From the sequence record PP920553.1: DNA of 44,559 bases. The stretch is one strand, 5' to 3'. Positions within the stretch are counted from its first letter, which is position 1. Every line of letters begins with the position of its first letter. Below, piece by piece: positions 1 through 9,220 of this stretch. The notes below the pieces were generated by a model. That model did no database searches and was not told where the DNA came from. It worked only from the letters and a program-made list of their open reading frames with translations. The translations under genes and the position numbers were made by a program. The DNA is from Escherichia phage SM_A8.

Positions 1-22
1 ATGTTGCCGATGGTCGGCGCAT

Positions 23-595
23 ATGAACAAAAGGGCTTATATCATGGCAGAAATCAAAGTTAAGGGCCGACGCGCCAAACTGGACGGACGAGTAGCAGTA
101 ACCCCGCGCCGTAAACCAGGCGAGCAAACCGAGCACACCAATCTCGGACCTGAAATCGAGTACGGCAAGCGCCGTAAAGGCGGAAAATGTGGACGCCCTA
201 CTGACTACCGATCCGTTTACTGCGACCAGCTTCGCCGCTATTTTGCCGATGCCGACGCCTGGCAGGTCAATTACTCCGATAAAGGCGCTGCGCAAGTAAT
301 CCCCCGCAACAAAATGCCAACCTTCGGTCGATTTGCCGCGGAAATCGGCGTGGGCGTAGCTTGCCTGTATCGCTGGGCGCGTGCGCATGAGGAGTTCGCC
401 GAGGCGATGGCGGACGCTATGGAGTTGCAGAAAACTTTCCTGATGGAAGCTGGCGGCGTAACCATCGCGGCAGGCTTCGCTACGTTCCTGCTTAAAGCAA
501 ACCACGGCGTCCGCGACGATGTGCCGCTGGATGACGACGAAGATGATAACGGCGACGTCGTAGTGGAACCTACCGGCAAAGGCCAGGGTGAATAA
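23..595 (+). CDS. terminase small subunit (TerS)
   Basis: 190-aa ORF; basic N-terminal region with GRPT motif, TerS-like segment FLLKANHG, acidic C-terminus; stop overlaps TerL start (TAATG at 593-597); alternative start ATG 44. Confidence 0.65.
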   Translation: MNKRAYIMAEIKVKGRRAKLDGRVAVTPRRKPGEQTEHTNLGPEIEYGKRRKGGKCGRPTDYRSVYCDQLRRYFADADAWQVNYSDKGAAQVIPRNKMPTFGRFAAEIGVGVACLYRWARAHEEFAEAMADAMELQKTFLMEAGGVTIAAGFATFLLKANHGVRDDVPLDDDEDDNGDVVVEPTGKGQGE

Positions 596-1980
596 TGCGT
601 AACTATGCGGCAGAACACCGCGCACTGGAACGCGCGATCGCAAAGCGAAACCGACCACCGCGCCCGACACGCGTTGCGCAGGCCGTCCGCCTTTACCAGC
701 CCGATTGCCTTCCCCACCAGGTGGAACTACTGCGCGACACAAAGACCAAAATACTCGGCCTGTGTTCCGGCTTCGGTGGCGGAAAGTCATGGGTCGCGGC
801 GCGTAAGGTTATCCAGCTTCTAACACTGAACCCGGGTCATGACGGCATCGTGACCGAGCCGACTATTCCACTCCTGGTTAAGATCATGTACCCGGAATTG
901 GAAAAGGCTTTCGACGAGGCTGGCTTCCGGTGGAAGTTCAACAAGCAGGACAAGATCTATAGCGTTCTGGTGAAAGGAAAATGGACTCGCGTTATCTGTG
1001 AGTCGATGGAGAACTATACCCGCCTGATCGGGGTTAACGCCGCGTGGATTGTTGCCGATGAGTTCGACACCACGAAGCAAGACGTCGCAATGGCGGCGTA
1101 TCACAAATTGCTCGGTCGTCTGCGTGCGGGCGTGGTCCGTCAGTTTGTCATCGTGTCCACGCCGGAAGGCTTCCGGGCGATGTATCAAATTTTCGAGGTG
1201 GAGAAGGATAGCCAGAAACGTTTGATCCGGGCGAAGACCACGGACAACCACCATTTACCGGCAGACTTTATCGACACGCTTCGCAGTCAGTACCCGGCTA
1301 ACCTGATTGATGCGTACCTGAACGGCCTGTTTGTTAACCTTACGTCGGGCGCGGTGTACAAGATGTTTAATCGCGAGGAGAACGCCAGCACCGAAGAAGT
1401 GCAGCCGGACGACACGCTGATTATCGGTATGGACTTTAACGTCACGAAGATGGCAGCGGTCGTGTACGTCAGACGGCAGCGCATCACCGAAAACAAGGAG
1501 TTCCGCGACGAGATTCACGCAGTGGATGAATTCGTAGACCTGTTTGATACCCCGGCTATGATTGAGGCGATCGAGGAGCGCTACCCCGATCATTGTGCCG
1601 CCGGTCGGGTCGTCGTTTACCCGGATAGCAGCGGCAAGTCTCGCAAGACTGTTAACGCATCGTCGTCAGATATAGCACAACTGGAAGACGCGGGCTTCGA
1701 GGTGGAATACGACAGTGTTAACCCGCCTGTGAAAGACCGATTGATCGCGATGAATACTATGATGTGCAACTCGAAGGGTGTGCGCCAGTATTTTGTCAAC
1801 CTGGATAAATGCCCTACACTAGCGAAATGTCTGGAACAGCAGGTTTACGACCTGAAGAAAGGCGAGCCGGATAAAACCGCCGGTGTGGACCACATGAACG
1901 ATGCCGCGGGCTATCCAATTGCGCACCTGTTCCCAGTGATTCGCCCAATCGCCGTTGTTCCAACTGTAGACTTCTACTAA
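595..1980 (+). CDS. terminase large subunit (TerL)
   Basis: 461-aa ORF; Walker A-like GLCSGFGGGKS, Walker B-like WIVADEFD; directly follows TerS. Confidence 0.85.
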   Translation: MRNYAAEHRALERAIAKRNRPPRPTRVAQAVRLYQPDCLPHQVELLRDTKTKILGLCSGFGGGKSWVAARKVIQLLTLNPGHDGIVTEPTIPLLVKIMYPELEKAFDEAGFRWKFNKQDKIYSVLVKGKWTRVICESMENYTRLIGVNAAWIVADEFDTTKQDVAMAAYHKLLGRLRAGVVRQFVIVSTPEGFRAMYQIFEVEKDSQKRLIRAKTTDNHHLPADFIDTLRSQYPANLIDAYLNGLFVNLTSGAVYKMFNREENASTEEVQPDDTLIIGMDFNVTKMAAVVYVRRQRITENKEFRDEIHAVDEFVDLFDTPAMIEAIEERYPDHCAAGRVVVYPDSSGKSRKTVNASSSDIAQLEDAGFEVEYDSVNPPVKDRLIAMNTMMCNSKGVRQYFVNLDKCPTLAKCLEQQVYDLKKGEPDKTAGVDHMNDAAGYPIAHLFPVIRPIAVVPTVDFY

Positions 1981-1990
1981 GGAAACGACC

Positions 1991-3511
1991 ATGACCGTTA
2001 ACGTAGACAACCAGCACCCGCTCTATGCGCGCATCGCGCCAGAGTGGAAAATGATCCGTGACTGCGTAGCAGGGGAGCGCGCCGTGAAGGCGTGCGGCCC
2101 ATTATACCTGCCACACCCAGCAAGCGGCGACACCACCGACCCTAAATCGCGTGCGCGTTATAAGGCGTATAAGCAGCGCGCCGTCTTCCTGAACGCCACC
2201 GCCCGAACCCTTAACGCACTGTTAGGCGTGGCCTTCGCGAAGCCGGTGAGTATTGACCTTTCCGGGGCAATGGCTGACCTGATTGATGACGTAGACGGCA
2301 GCGGGATGCCACTGGCGCAACTCCTGCGCGGCGCTATGTCGGAAGTGCTGCAATCGGGCCGCGCTGGCTTTATGGTGGACTACGACCGCCAGGCGCATTT
2401 TGACGAACTGGGTAACGTAGTGCCGCAGACAGCCGCTGAAATGGCTGCACACCGCCCGCTTATCCGCCTGTATACGGCTGAGCAGATCATTAACTGGCGA
2501 CAGACCCACGGGGTCGACACGCTAATCGTGCTGAAGGAGACGGACGAAATCAGCACCGAAGATCCGGACGACTTCGCAAACCACGAAGTAACAATCTGGA
2601 CTGAGCTTCGCATGATTAACGGTGCGGCACACGCCCGCCGCTGGTATTACAACGCGGACACGTCCGAAGTGCAAATGGACTTGCCGCGTGGCTTCACCCG
2701 CACCGACCTTGTGCCGCTGGTGGATGCGGACGGTAATGCGCTTACGCAACTGCCATTTTGCTGGTGTGGTGCTGTGGACAACAACGCGACACCGGACGCC
2801 GCACCGCTGGCGGATATTGCGTCCATCAACATTAAGCACTACAACGCCGAAGCCGACGTCGCCGAGATTGCGCACATCGTGGGGCAACCTACCCTCGTTG
2901 CGACTGGTCTGACCCAATCATGGGCGGACAAGAACCTGAAAGGCGGCATCGCGCTTGGGGCAACTAAGGGCGTTATCCTGGGCCAGAACATGGACGCTAA
3001 ACTGATTCAGGCCGAGGAGCGCAACTTGTCTGTTGCGCTGTGTGAGCGACGCGAATTGCAAATGGCTAAACTGGGCGCGGCACTGGTTGAGAAGGGGACC
3101 GCACCTAAGACGGCAACCGAGGCGGCCTACGATGCGCAGACTGATAACAGTATCCTGTCGCTTATTGCCGGTAACGTTGAGAAGGCTTTCAACCGTGCGC
3201 TGCAAATCGTCCAGCTATTCACGGGCGACACCGCCGACCAGCGTGTGACGCTGAATAAGTTCTACACCGAAATCACGGTTGATGCGCAGCTTATGACCGC
3301 GATGATGTCGGGGGTGCAGACTGGCACGGTACGCCTGGCCGATTTCATCAAGTGGATGATGGCGCAGGGCGTCATCGACGACTCGCAAACCGTCGAGCAG
3401 GTGGAAGACGAATTGCGAAATCAGAATCCATTGCCTCAAATGTCCCCTGATGCGGTAGAATCTACCGAAGAAGACCCGGACAAGGTAGCGGACAATGGCG
3501 AAGACAATTAA
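1991..3511 (+). CDS. portal protein
   Basis: 506-aa ORF after TerL, RBS AAGGAAA upstream, acidic C-terminus; call by size and position. Confidence 0.7.
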   Translation: MTVNVDNQHPLYARIAPEWKMIRDCVAGERAVKACGPLYLPHPASGDTTDPKSRARYKAYKQRAVFLNATARTLNALLGVAFAKPVSIDLSGAMADLIDDVDGSGMPLAQLLRGAMSEVLQSGRAGFMVDYDRQAHFDELGNVVPQTAAEMAAHRPLIRLYTAEQIINWRQTHGVDTLIVLKETDEISTEDPDDFANHEVTIWTELRMINGAAHARRWYYNADTSEVQMDLPRGFTRTDLVPLVDADGNALTQLPFCWCGAVDNNATPDAAPLADIASINIKHYNAEADVAEIAHIVGQPTLVATGLTQSWADKNLKGGIALGATKGVILGQNMDAKLIQAEERNLSVALCERRELQMAKLGAALVEKGTAPKTATEAAYDAQTDNSILSLIAGNVEKAFNRALQIVQLFTGDTADQRVTLNKFYTEITVDAQLMTAMMSGVQTGTVRLADFIKWMMAQGVIDDSQTVEQVEDELRNQNPLPQMSPDAVESTEEDPDKVADNGEDN

Positions 3512-4598
3512 TCAACATTTGGCGGATCGCATGATCCGCCGTCACATCTTCACCCAGCGCCTGAGCAATGACCAGGCGCGGAGGGTGCTGGCTATGTGGG
3601 AGAAGTTCCGGCCTACATTACTGGGAAAGCTGACCGAGTTGCTTGATGGCAAATCGTCAATGAACAACAAGGCACTTACCACACTGTTAACGCAACTCGA
3701 CAAGACCGTCAAAACGGAACTGCGCACCGAGTTTAAGGCGTTGGCTGAAAGCCTTCAGGAGTTCGCCGACACCGAGGCTGATTATCTCGCCGACACATTA
3801 ACGGCAGCGATCCAGCCGGTAGTCGCCGTACCGGCGGTCGAGGTGGTTGGCGTAGTGACCGGCGCGCAGATCGCAGCAACGGCAATGAAAAACCCGTTCC
3901 AGGGCAATACCATGATGCAATGGCCTGACTCACTTTCTGAGTGGACCAGGACGCAGATCGGTAATCAGGTGCGGGCGGGATTCATCCAAGGCAAGCCAAC
4001 GATGGAAATTATCGCGGACGTGAGGCGCGCGCTAGGCGGTCGTAGTGCGCAAGCCATCTCAAGCGTTGTTAAGTCCGCAGTAAACCACTATGCGGCGACT
4101 GCCCGCGAACTAATGGTAAAAGCAAATGACGATATTCTCGAAGGTCGCCAATGGTTATCTACATTGGACACACATACTTCTCCCATGTGCCAGCTACGCG
4201 ATCGCCTGTTTTATCCGGTTGATGTTACTCCCGACACCAAAGGAAAGCGCGGCGGGAAAGTGGTGGCGGGGTCACAGTATGGCGCTGGCCCAGGCAAGCT
4301 GCATTATTGCTGCCGGTCGACGGAGACGTGGAAAGTCAAAGGCATGGAAGATTGGCCCAGTGGTAAGCGTCCGGCACTGAAGGCCGACGCGGGTCGATTG
4401 CTGAGTGAGCAGGTAGACGCGCAGACTGATTTCTTCTCATGGGTGCAGCGCCAGCCGCGCCATATCCTGGAAGAATTATATGGAGTGCAACGCGCCGACC
4501 AGATTATGCGCGGCATGAAAGTGCCGAAGATGTTCACCGATTCTGGCGAACTGATGACTATTGCACAGCTTAAAAACCGGGGGTTATGGCGTGATTAA
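3495..4598 (+). CDS. head morphogenesis protein (Mu F / SPP1 gp7-like)
   Basis: 367-aa ORF overlapping portal stop; position and composition typical of minor head morphogenesis proteins. Confidence 0.6.
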   Translation: MAKTINQHLADRMIRRHIFTQRLSNDQARRVLAMWEKFRPTLLGKLTELLDGKSSMNNKALTTLLTQLDKTVKTELRTEFKALAESLQEFADTEADYLADTLTAAIQPVVAVPAVEVVGVVTGAQIAATAMKNPFQGNTMMQWPDSLSEWTRTQIGNQVRAGFIQGKPTMEIIADVRRALGGRSAQAISSVVKSAVNHYAATARELMVKANDDILEGRQWLSTLDTHTSPMCQLRDRLFYPVDVTPDTKGKRGGKVVAGSQYGAGPGKLHYCCRSTETWKVKGMEDWPSGKRPALKADAGRLLSEQVDAQTDFFSWVQRQPRHILEELYGVQRADQIMRGMKVPKMFTDSGELMTIAQLKNRGLWRD

Positions 4599-4920
4599 AT
4601 ATGCAGCGATTGGACTGGTTATCGGTCTGGCGGTAGGATTCTGGCTAGGTGACTCCTATCGCGCTGGCGTAGTGGCGGAGGCGGCGCAAGAAGCGCAAGC
4701 CCAAGCCCAACGGCAGCAAACTAAAGTAATCGAGCGCTCCGTGCAGGCAGAACAAGCCCGCGACGTGGAATACCGGACTATCACAAAAGAGGTTGTTAAA
4801 TATGTTACGCGCCCTAACCGCCCTGATTGTAGTTTTGACGCTGAGCGCGTGCGGATCAAGCAGCGTGCCGTTGATGCCGCTAACGGAGTCGGCACTGCGA
4901 CCGCCGTGCAAGTTCGATAA
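4591..4920 (+). CDS. i-spanin (Rz-like)
   Basis: GTG start overlapping upstream stop; N-terminal TM segment IKYAAIGLVIGLAVGFW then charged Q/A/E-rich periplasmic region; contains an embedded +1 frame lipoprotein gene. Confidence 0.5.
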   Translation: MIKYAAIGLVIGLAVGFWLGDSYRAGVVAEAAQEAQAQAQRQQTKVIERSVQAEQARDVEYRTITKEVVKYVTRPNRPDCSFDAERVRIKQRAVDAANGVGTATAVQVR

Positions 4921-5032
4921 CCCGTCTGCGGACCCCGACGAAGATTTGATGATTGACGTGAAAAATATGGAATGCGGGGCGAAGCTGAGGGCGCAGGTGT
5001 TGGAGTTGCAGCAAATAATTAAGGGGCCGTAA
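4802..5032 (+). CDS. o-spanin (Rz1-like outer-membrane lipoprotein)
   Basis: RBS AAAGAGG 9 nt upstream; signal peptide with lipobox LSAC, proline-rich mature part; +1 frame overlap with Rz-like gene and extends past it. Confidence 0.55.
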   Translation: MLRALTALIVVLTLSACGSSSVPLMPLTESALRPPCKFDNPSADPDEDLMIDVKNMECGAKLRAQVLELQQIIKGP

Positions 5033-5044
5033 TGGCCCCTTTTC
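5022..5044. terminator. hairpin between convergent genes (bidirectional terminator candidate)
   Basis: AGGGGCC-gtaat-GGCCCCT followed by TTTT; sits between Rz1-like stop (5032) and leftward gene stop (5047). Confidence 0.5.
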
Positions 5045-5046
5045 CG

Positions 5047-5811
5047 TTAGCGAGGAATGCCGCAAATCTCGTTGAGTGTTTTCACATCCAGCGCCACCGC
5101 CGTGGATTTTGGCTTGTCCTGGTAAGGGATGAATTGCTCAACTTCGGGCCATGCCTTGATCAGCTTCTTATCGGTATTGTGTATATCCAGCACGCCGGTA
5201 ACAGTTAGTTTGAACGCGTCATACTTAGCCCGCAACTCACGGCGGGCCTTGTCGTTACGGTCCAGGCGCTTGCAGAAATCGTGGTCCGCAGGGTAGTCTA
5301 TGCGACCGCGCGGAAGATATATCGGCAGCGCTTTCCCGTCCTCGTCGACTTCGCACACTGACGCTAACAAAATTTCCTCATACCCTGGCACAATATCGCC
5401 GAGATCGGGAGACAGTTTATTCATGTATTTATACTCCCAGTATCCGCGATGTACTCGGAATCGGTGTCCGTCTCCGCTCAATGACACGGTACGGACGTTT
5501 CCGCCTGCGTTGATTTCGAAAGTGGCGTCGTAAACGCTGCCTATACCATATGGGTTGTCGGCGTCATGTCTATACGTCGCCTTATTGGTGTACACACAGA
5601 CGCCGTACATCTGCGACGGGTCATAGCCGATTGCTTCAATGCGCTCACGTAGCTCGGCGAACGAATGAATGCCTTCCGGCATACAGTCCAGCGTAATGGC
5701 GTACGCCAGATTTCGAGAGTCCATCATGATTGATTTGGCTTCAGTCGCGATTTCGTGGTCGCGCAGTATGTTAGCCAGAATCTGATTTTTAATGTCTTTC
5801 GTCAGTCTCAT
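5047..5811 (-). CDS. hypothetical protein (leftward insert in structural module)
   Basis: 254-aa ORF, ATG with GAGGA RBS; opposite strand to all flanking structural genes; no motif recognised. Confidence 0.6.
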   Translation of the reverse strand: MRLTKDIKNQILANILRDHEIATEAKSIMMDSRNLAYAITLDCMPEGIHSFAELRERIEAIGYDPSQMYGVCVYTNKATYRHDADNPYGIGSVYDATFEINAGGNVRTVSLSGDGHRFRVHRGYWEYKYMNKLSPDLGDIVPGYEEILLASVCEVDEDGKALPIYLPRGRIDYPADHDFCKRLDRNDKARRELRAKYDAFKLTVTGVLDIHNTDKKLIKAWPEVEQFIPYQDKPKSTAVALDVKTLNEICGIPR

Positions 5812-5851
5812 TTTTATGTCCTCATTTTAGGGGCTTTCGCCCCCGATTGGT

Positions 5852-6166
5852 TTAGTTGAATTTGATGTTGCCACCGGTGGAAGTTAAGCGGGCACATACA
5901 GCTTCAACGGCATCGACGCACATGAAATCGTTAAAGGCTTCGACCAGGGCGTTTATGAAAGATGCCGGAACCAGGCCGCAAGCCGGATTATCGAATGTTG
6001 CGGAGTTGATCGCCGCTTTTGCCGCTTCGGAAGCATTCATGCTCTGGCACAGATTCAGCGCTTCCGCGTTACGCATTGCGTGAAAGGTAAAGGTATTCGC
6101 TACGGTAGTTTTATTGAAACGGGCCATTGCGGCGTCTACTGGAGTTGCTACGGTCATGTTAGTCAT
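5852..6166 (-). CDS. hypothetical protein (leftward insert in structural module)
   Basis: ATG at 6166 with GAAGGAAA RBS (track ORF 5852..6226 starts at an upstream TTG); no motif recognised. Confidence 0.5.
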   Translation of the reverse strand: MTNMTVATPVDAAMARFNKTTVANTFTFHAMRNAEALNLCQSMNASEAAKAAINSATFDNPACGLVPASFINALVEAFNDFMCVDAVEAVCARLTSTGGNIKFN

Positions 6167-6201
6167 TTTGTTTTCCTTCATATCTCTGTTGGTGTGCAAC
6201 C

Positions 6202-6231
6202 AATATAATGCAACCAACATACGCAATGCAA
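6202..6231 (-). promoter_or_regulatory. sigma70-like promoter for leftward two-gene insert
   Basis: minus-sense TTGCAT-N18-TATATT; overlaps two GCAACCAA 8-mers; the 21 nt from the -10 onward are identical to the promoter at 39991-40011. Confidence 0.45.
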
Positions 6232-6238
6232 GCGAATT

Positions 6239-6266
6239 TTGCGATTATTTTTATCGCTGATAATAT
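6239..6266 (+). promoter_or_regulatory. sigma70-like promoter upstream of scaffold/capsid genes
   Basis: TTGCGA-N16-TAATAT about 55 nt upstream of scaffold start. Confidence 0.4.
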
Positions 6267-6320
6267 TAAGGCGTGAAGTCAAGCGGGTGGCCCGCTTTGC
6301 CACAATCCCAGGGGGATAGC

Positions 6321-7022
6321 ATGAAACTTACTAAAGCAGAATATGACGCGTTGCCAGAAGGTATGAAGGCGCTTTTTGTTGCCGATGGCGATGGGTATAA
6401 ATCAACCTTCATGACCGCAGAAGAAGTACAGGCGGAAATCAAGGGTCTGAAAGAAAACAACGCTAAGCTGGTGAGCGAGAAGAAAGCAGAAGCCGAACGC
6501 CGCGCCGAAGCTGAGCGCCTTGCGAAAGAGAAAGAGGAAGCCGCCGCGCGCAAAAATGGCGACCTCGAAGCGATCGACAAGTCCTGGAAAGATAAGTTTG
6601 CGAAACACGAAGCAGATACATCGGGAAAAATCGAAGCCTACCGCAAGCAGATCCACGATCTAACCATCGGCAGCGCTGCCAAAGACCTGGCGTCGAAGCT
6701 GTTCGGTAAGAATGCGGGAATCATGCAACGCCACGTAATGGACCGCCTGACGCTGGAAGACGGCGAAGACGGCAGCTTGAAAGTGCGTGTCTTGCAGGAT
6801 GGCAAACCGTCCGCGCTGACTATGGAAGAGCTTGAAAAAGAGTTCCGTAATAACGCCGATTTTGCATCAGTCCTGGCTGGCACGCCAGCCGGTGGCGCGC
6901 CTAGCAAACCGACGCAGGTTGTCGAAGATGTGAAGTCTAAAATTACGATGGGCCATAGCTTCGGTATCACCGATCTCACCAAACAGGCCGGTGAAATCAT
7001 CGCTAAAATGGGTGACGAGTAA
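6321..7022 (+). CDS. scaffolding protein
   Basis: ATG 6321 with GGGGGA RBS (track ORF 6273 has an N-terminal extension); K/E/A-rich coiled-coil-like sequence; immediately upstream of capsid gene. Confidence 0.6.
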   Translation: MKLTKAEYDALPEGMKALFVADGDGYKSTFMTAEEVQAEIKGLKENNAKLVSEKKAEAERRAEAERLAKEKEEAAARKNGDLEAIDKSWKDKFAKHEADTSGKIEAYRKQIHDLTIGSAAKDLASKLFGKNAGIMQRHVMDRLTLEDGEDGSLKVRVLQDGKPSALTMEELEKEFRNNADFASVLAGTPAGGAPSKPTQVVEDVKSKITMGHSFGITDLTKQAGEIIAKMGDE

Positions 7023-7119
7023 GCAGATTGCCCGCGAAAGCGGGCAATTTTGCGAGCGCGTAAAACTAAGGTAACATTAATGCCACTGGGCGAATGCTCA
7101 CAACTCAAAGGATTTCGAT

Positions 7120-8220
7120 ATGTCTTTAACAGTGTTCCAGCGTAAACTCGTTACCGCGGTTACGCAAATGATCCCCGACAACCTGAACGTTTTCAACGCC
7201 GCCGCCAATGGCGCTGTTGTTCTCGGTACTGGTGAAGTGCTGAAGGATGTTGTAGAAAAAATGTCCGTAGGCTTGATCGCCAACCTTGTTACCGACCGTA
7301 ACGCCTACGCCCCTGTCGGCACTCCGGCAACCGCTAAAGTGCTGGCGCGTATGCTGACCAACTCCGTTAACCTATCCGCGAAAGTGGGTCCGGTAGCAAT
7401 CACGAAGGCTATGATGGCTAAGATCGAAACCAACGTTAACAGCGTTGCGGCTGAGATTGCGGCGCAGGCCACTCAAGCGATTATGCTGCATTACCTGAAA
7501 GCGGGTATCGGCGCAAGTAAAGCGGCGATCGAAAGCAACGCAGCGGCAAAATACACCCAACCTGCGCGCGTTGATGGCGTTGGTGGTCGTACCTTCCCGA
7601 CCCTGGCGGACTTCCCGCTGGCGGCGTCTAAGTTCGGCGATCAGGCGTCTTTGATTAAGTCCTGGTTTATGGACGGTGTTACCTGGGCAAACTTCATCGC
7701 ATACCAGGCGCTCCCTTCCGCTGAACAGGTATTCGCAATTGGCGATCTTCAGGTAATGGGTGATGGCCTGGGCCGTCGTTTCATTATCTCCGATGCCGCT
7801 GCCGATGCTATGGGCACGGGTAACATGCTGGGTCTGGTCCCTGGCGCGGTTGCCGTTACCACCAACGGCCTCGATATGCTGGCGCAGGAGAAAGGCGGTA
7901 ACGAGAACATCGAACGCTGGTGGCAGGGCGAGTTCGACTTCAACGTGGCTGTTAAAGGCTACCGTCTGAAGGCGTCCGCTCGTACACCGATCGAAGGCGT
8001 CCGCTCGTTCAAACTGGACGATATTACCACTTCCGCTAACTGGGAACTGGATCAGGGCCAGGTAGACAACGAACCGGCAACCGTTCAGGATGTTGGCGCG
8101 GCGGGTGATGGCGATACTAAAGGTCGTCGTAAGACCCAGGCCGCACAGGCAGTGCCGACCCGTCACATCAAGGAAACCGCTGGCGTACTGGTTACGCTGA
8201 CGGCGACTACCGCGTCTTAA
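7120..8220 (+). CDS. major capsid protein
   Basis: 366-aa ORF after scaffold, RBS AAGGA, followed by a strong intrinsic terminator as is typical for capsid genes. Confidence 0.7.
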   Translation: MSLTVFQRKLVTAVTQMIPDNLNVFNAAANGAVVLGTGEVLKDVVEKMSVGLIANLVTDRNAYAPVGTPATAKVLARMLTNSVNLSAKVGPVAITKAMMAKIETNVNSVAAEIAAQATQAIMLHYLKAGIGASKAAIESNAAAKYTQPARVDGVGGRTFPTLADFPLAASKFGDQASLIKSWFMDGVTWANFIAYQALPSAEQVFAIGDLQVMGDGLGRRFIISDAAADAMGTGNMLGLVPGAVAVTTNGLDMLAQEKGGNENIERWWQGEFDFNVAVKGYRLKASARTPIEGVRSFKLDDITTSANWELDQGQVDNEPATVQDVGAAGDGDTKGRRKTQAAQAVPTRHIKETAGVLVTLTATTAS

Positions 8221-8238
8221 CGGGCGCACATCCCAAAT

Positions 8239-8263
8239 GGGCGGGCTTATGCCCGCCTTTTTT
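8239..8263 (+). terminator. rho-independent terminator after capsid gene
   Basis: GGCGGGC-ttat-GCCCGCC followed by T6. Confidence 0.65.
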
Positions 8264-8278
8264 ATAGGAGTGAATCTA

Positions 8279-8779
8279 ATGTATGGCGACCCGCAAACCT
8301 TTGTCGATTATGCCGCTGCGCGAGGCGTTGAAGTCACGTTGGGCGATGCAACGCGACACCTTACCATCGTTAATGACTTCCTTAACGGCATCACCTGGAT
8401 CGGCGAACAGGCGGACCAGACAGGAATAGACGCATGGCCCCGCATCAATTACCCATCGGACGGGAAGCCGGTGCGCGACACGCTAACCGAAGACGTGGCG
8501 GTAGTGCCTGTCGGGCAGATCGTAGATTTTGCATCAATCCCCATTGCCGTCGAGCAAGCCGCTTACAGGTTGGCGATGTTGGTGGCGGACGAGGTCGATA
8601 TTTCTCCTGTTGGCAGTGGTAAGGAGACTATCCGCGAAACTGTCGGCCCGATCACGATGGAATATGACCCTGCGACGATTGGTAGCGGTGTCTCGTTCCC
8701 GTGGTGGGATGGCTTGCTGGGCCACTGGATTGACTCAGACGGCAACGCAGCGGGTAATTTTGATGTATTCCGGGGGTAA
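8279..8779 (+). CDS. head-tail connector/adaptor protein (putative)
   Basis: ATG 8279 with AGGAG RBS; position between capsid and tail genes. Confidence 0.45.
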   Translation: MYGDPQTFVDYAAARGVEVTLGDATRHLTIVNDFLNGITWIGEQADQTGIDAWPRINYPSDGKPVRDTLTEDVAVVPVGQIVDFASIPIAVEQAAYRLAMLVADEVDISPVGSGKETIRETVGPITMEYDPATIGSGVSFPWWDGLLGHWIDSDGNAAGNFDVFRG

Positions 8780-8865
8780 TATGAATCCTGCATTACTGGC
8801 GGCTATTATCGCCGCAAATACTAAACGCCAACCAGAACCGGAACCACCGGTACAGGAGGATGATA

Positions 8866-9219
8866 ATGGCGGGCTTTAATTACGCGGGGTTAAAGCGGAA
8901 AGTCAATCCGCTGATTAAAAAGTTCGGCATGATGGCTACGGTGACGCGTCCGGGGTCGGTTGACCGCGTAGACGGCGACGAAGTGATAATCCCGCCAACG
9001 TCGTTCGACGTCATCGGTCTTCGAGAGGAGTACAAGCCGAGCGAGATCGACGGGACGCGTATCGTTGCCGGTGATGTGAAGTTTTTGTGTCAGGCCGTCA
9101 AGCAGGTAAAGGTCGGGGATTTGGTTAGCCTGAACAATACAGACTACCGGGTTATCAACCCCAACCCCCTGCAACCGGCGGGCCAGACCATGCTGTTTCA
9201 ACTACAGCTAAGGGGCTAA
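8866..9219 (+). CDS. head-tail joining protein (putative)
   Basis: ATG 8866 with AGGAGG RBS 6 nt upstream; position in neck gene block. Confidence 0.45.
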   Translation: MAGFNYAGLKRKVNPLIKKFGMMATVTRPGSVDRVDGDEVIIPPTSFDVIGLREEYKPSEIDGTRIVAGDVKFLCQAVKQVKVGDLVSLNNTDYRVINPNPLQPAGQTMLFQLQLRG

Positions 9220-9220
9220 C

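Noticed and set aside
7372-8229. Long antisense ORFs overlapping well-supported genes (7372-8229 minus; also 19714-20808 minus, 10244-10975 minus, 24596-25378 plus, 31938-32939 plus, 40761-41690 minus)
   Set aside because: They lie opposite genes with recognisable motifs or clear module position, have Arg/Cys/His-rich compositions and no RBS or promoter; typical shadow ORFs.
8781-8879. 32-aa proline-rich ORF (MNPALLAAIIAANTKRQPEPEPPVQEDDNGGL) between neck genes
   Set aside because: Fills the gap between two genes and has an ATG, but no convincing RBS and it overlaps the next gene's RBS; too weak to call.
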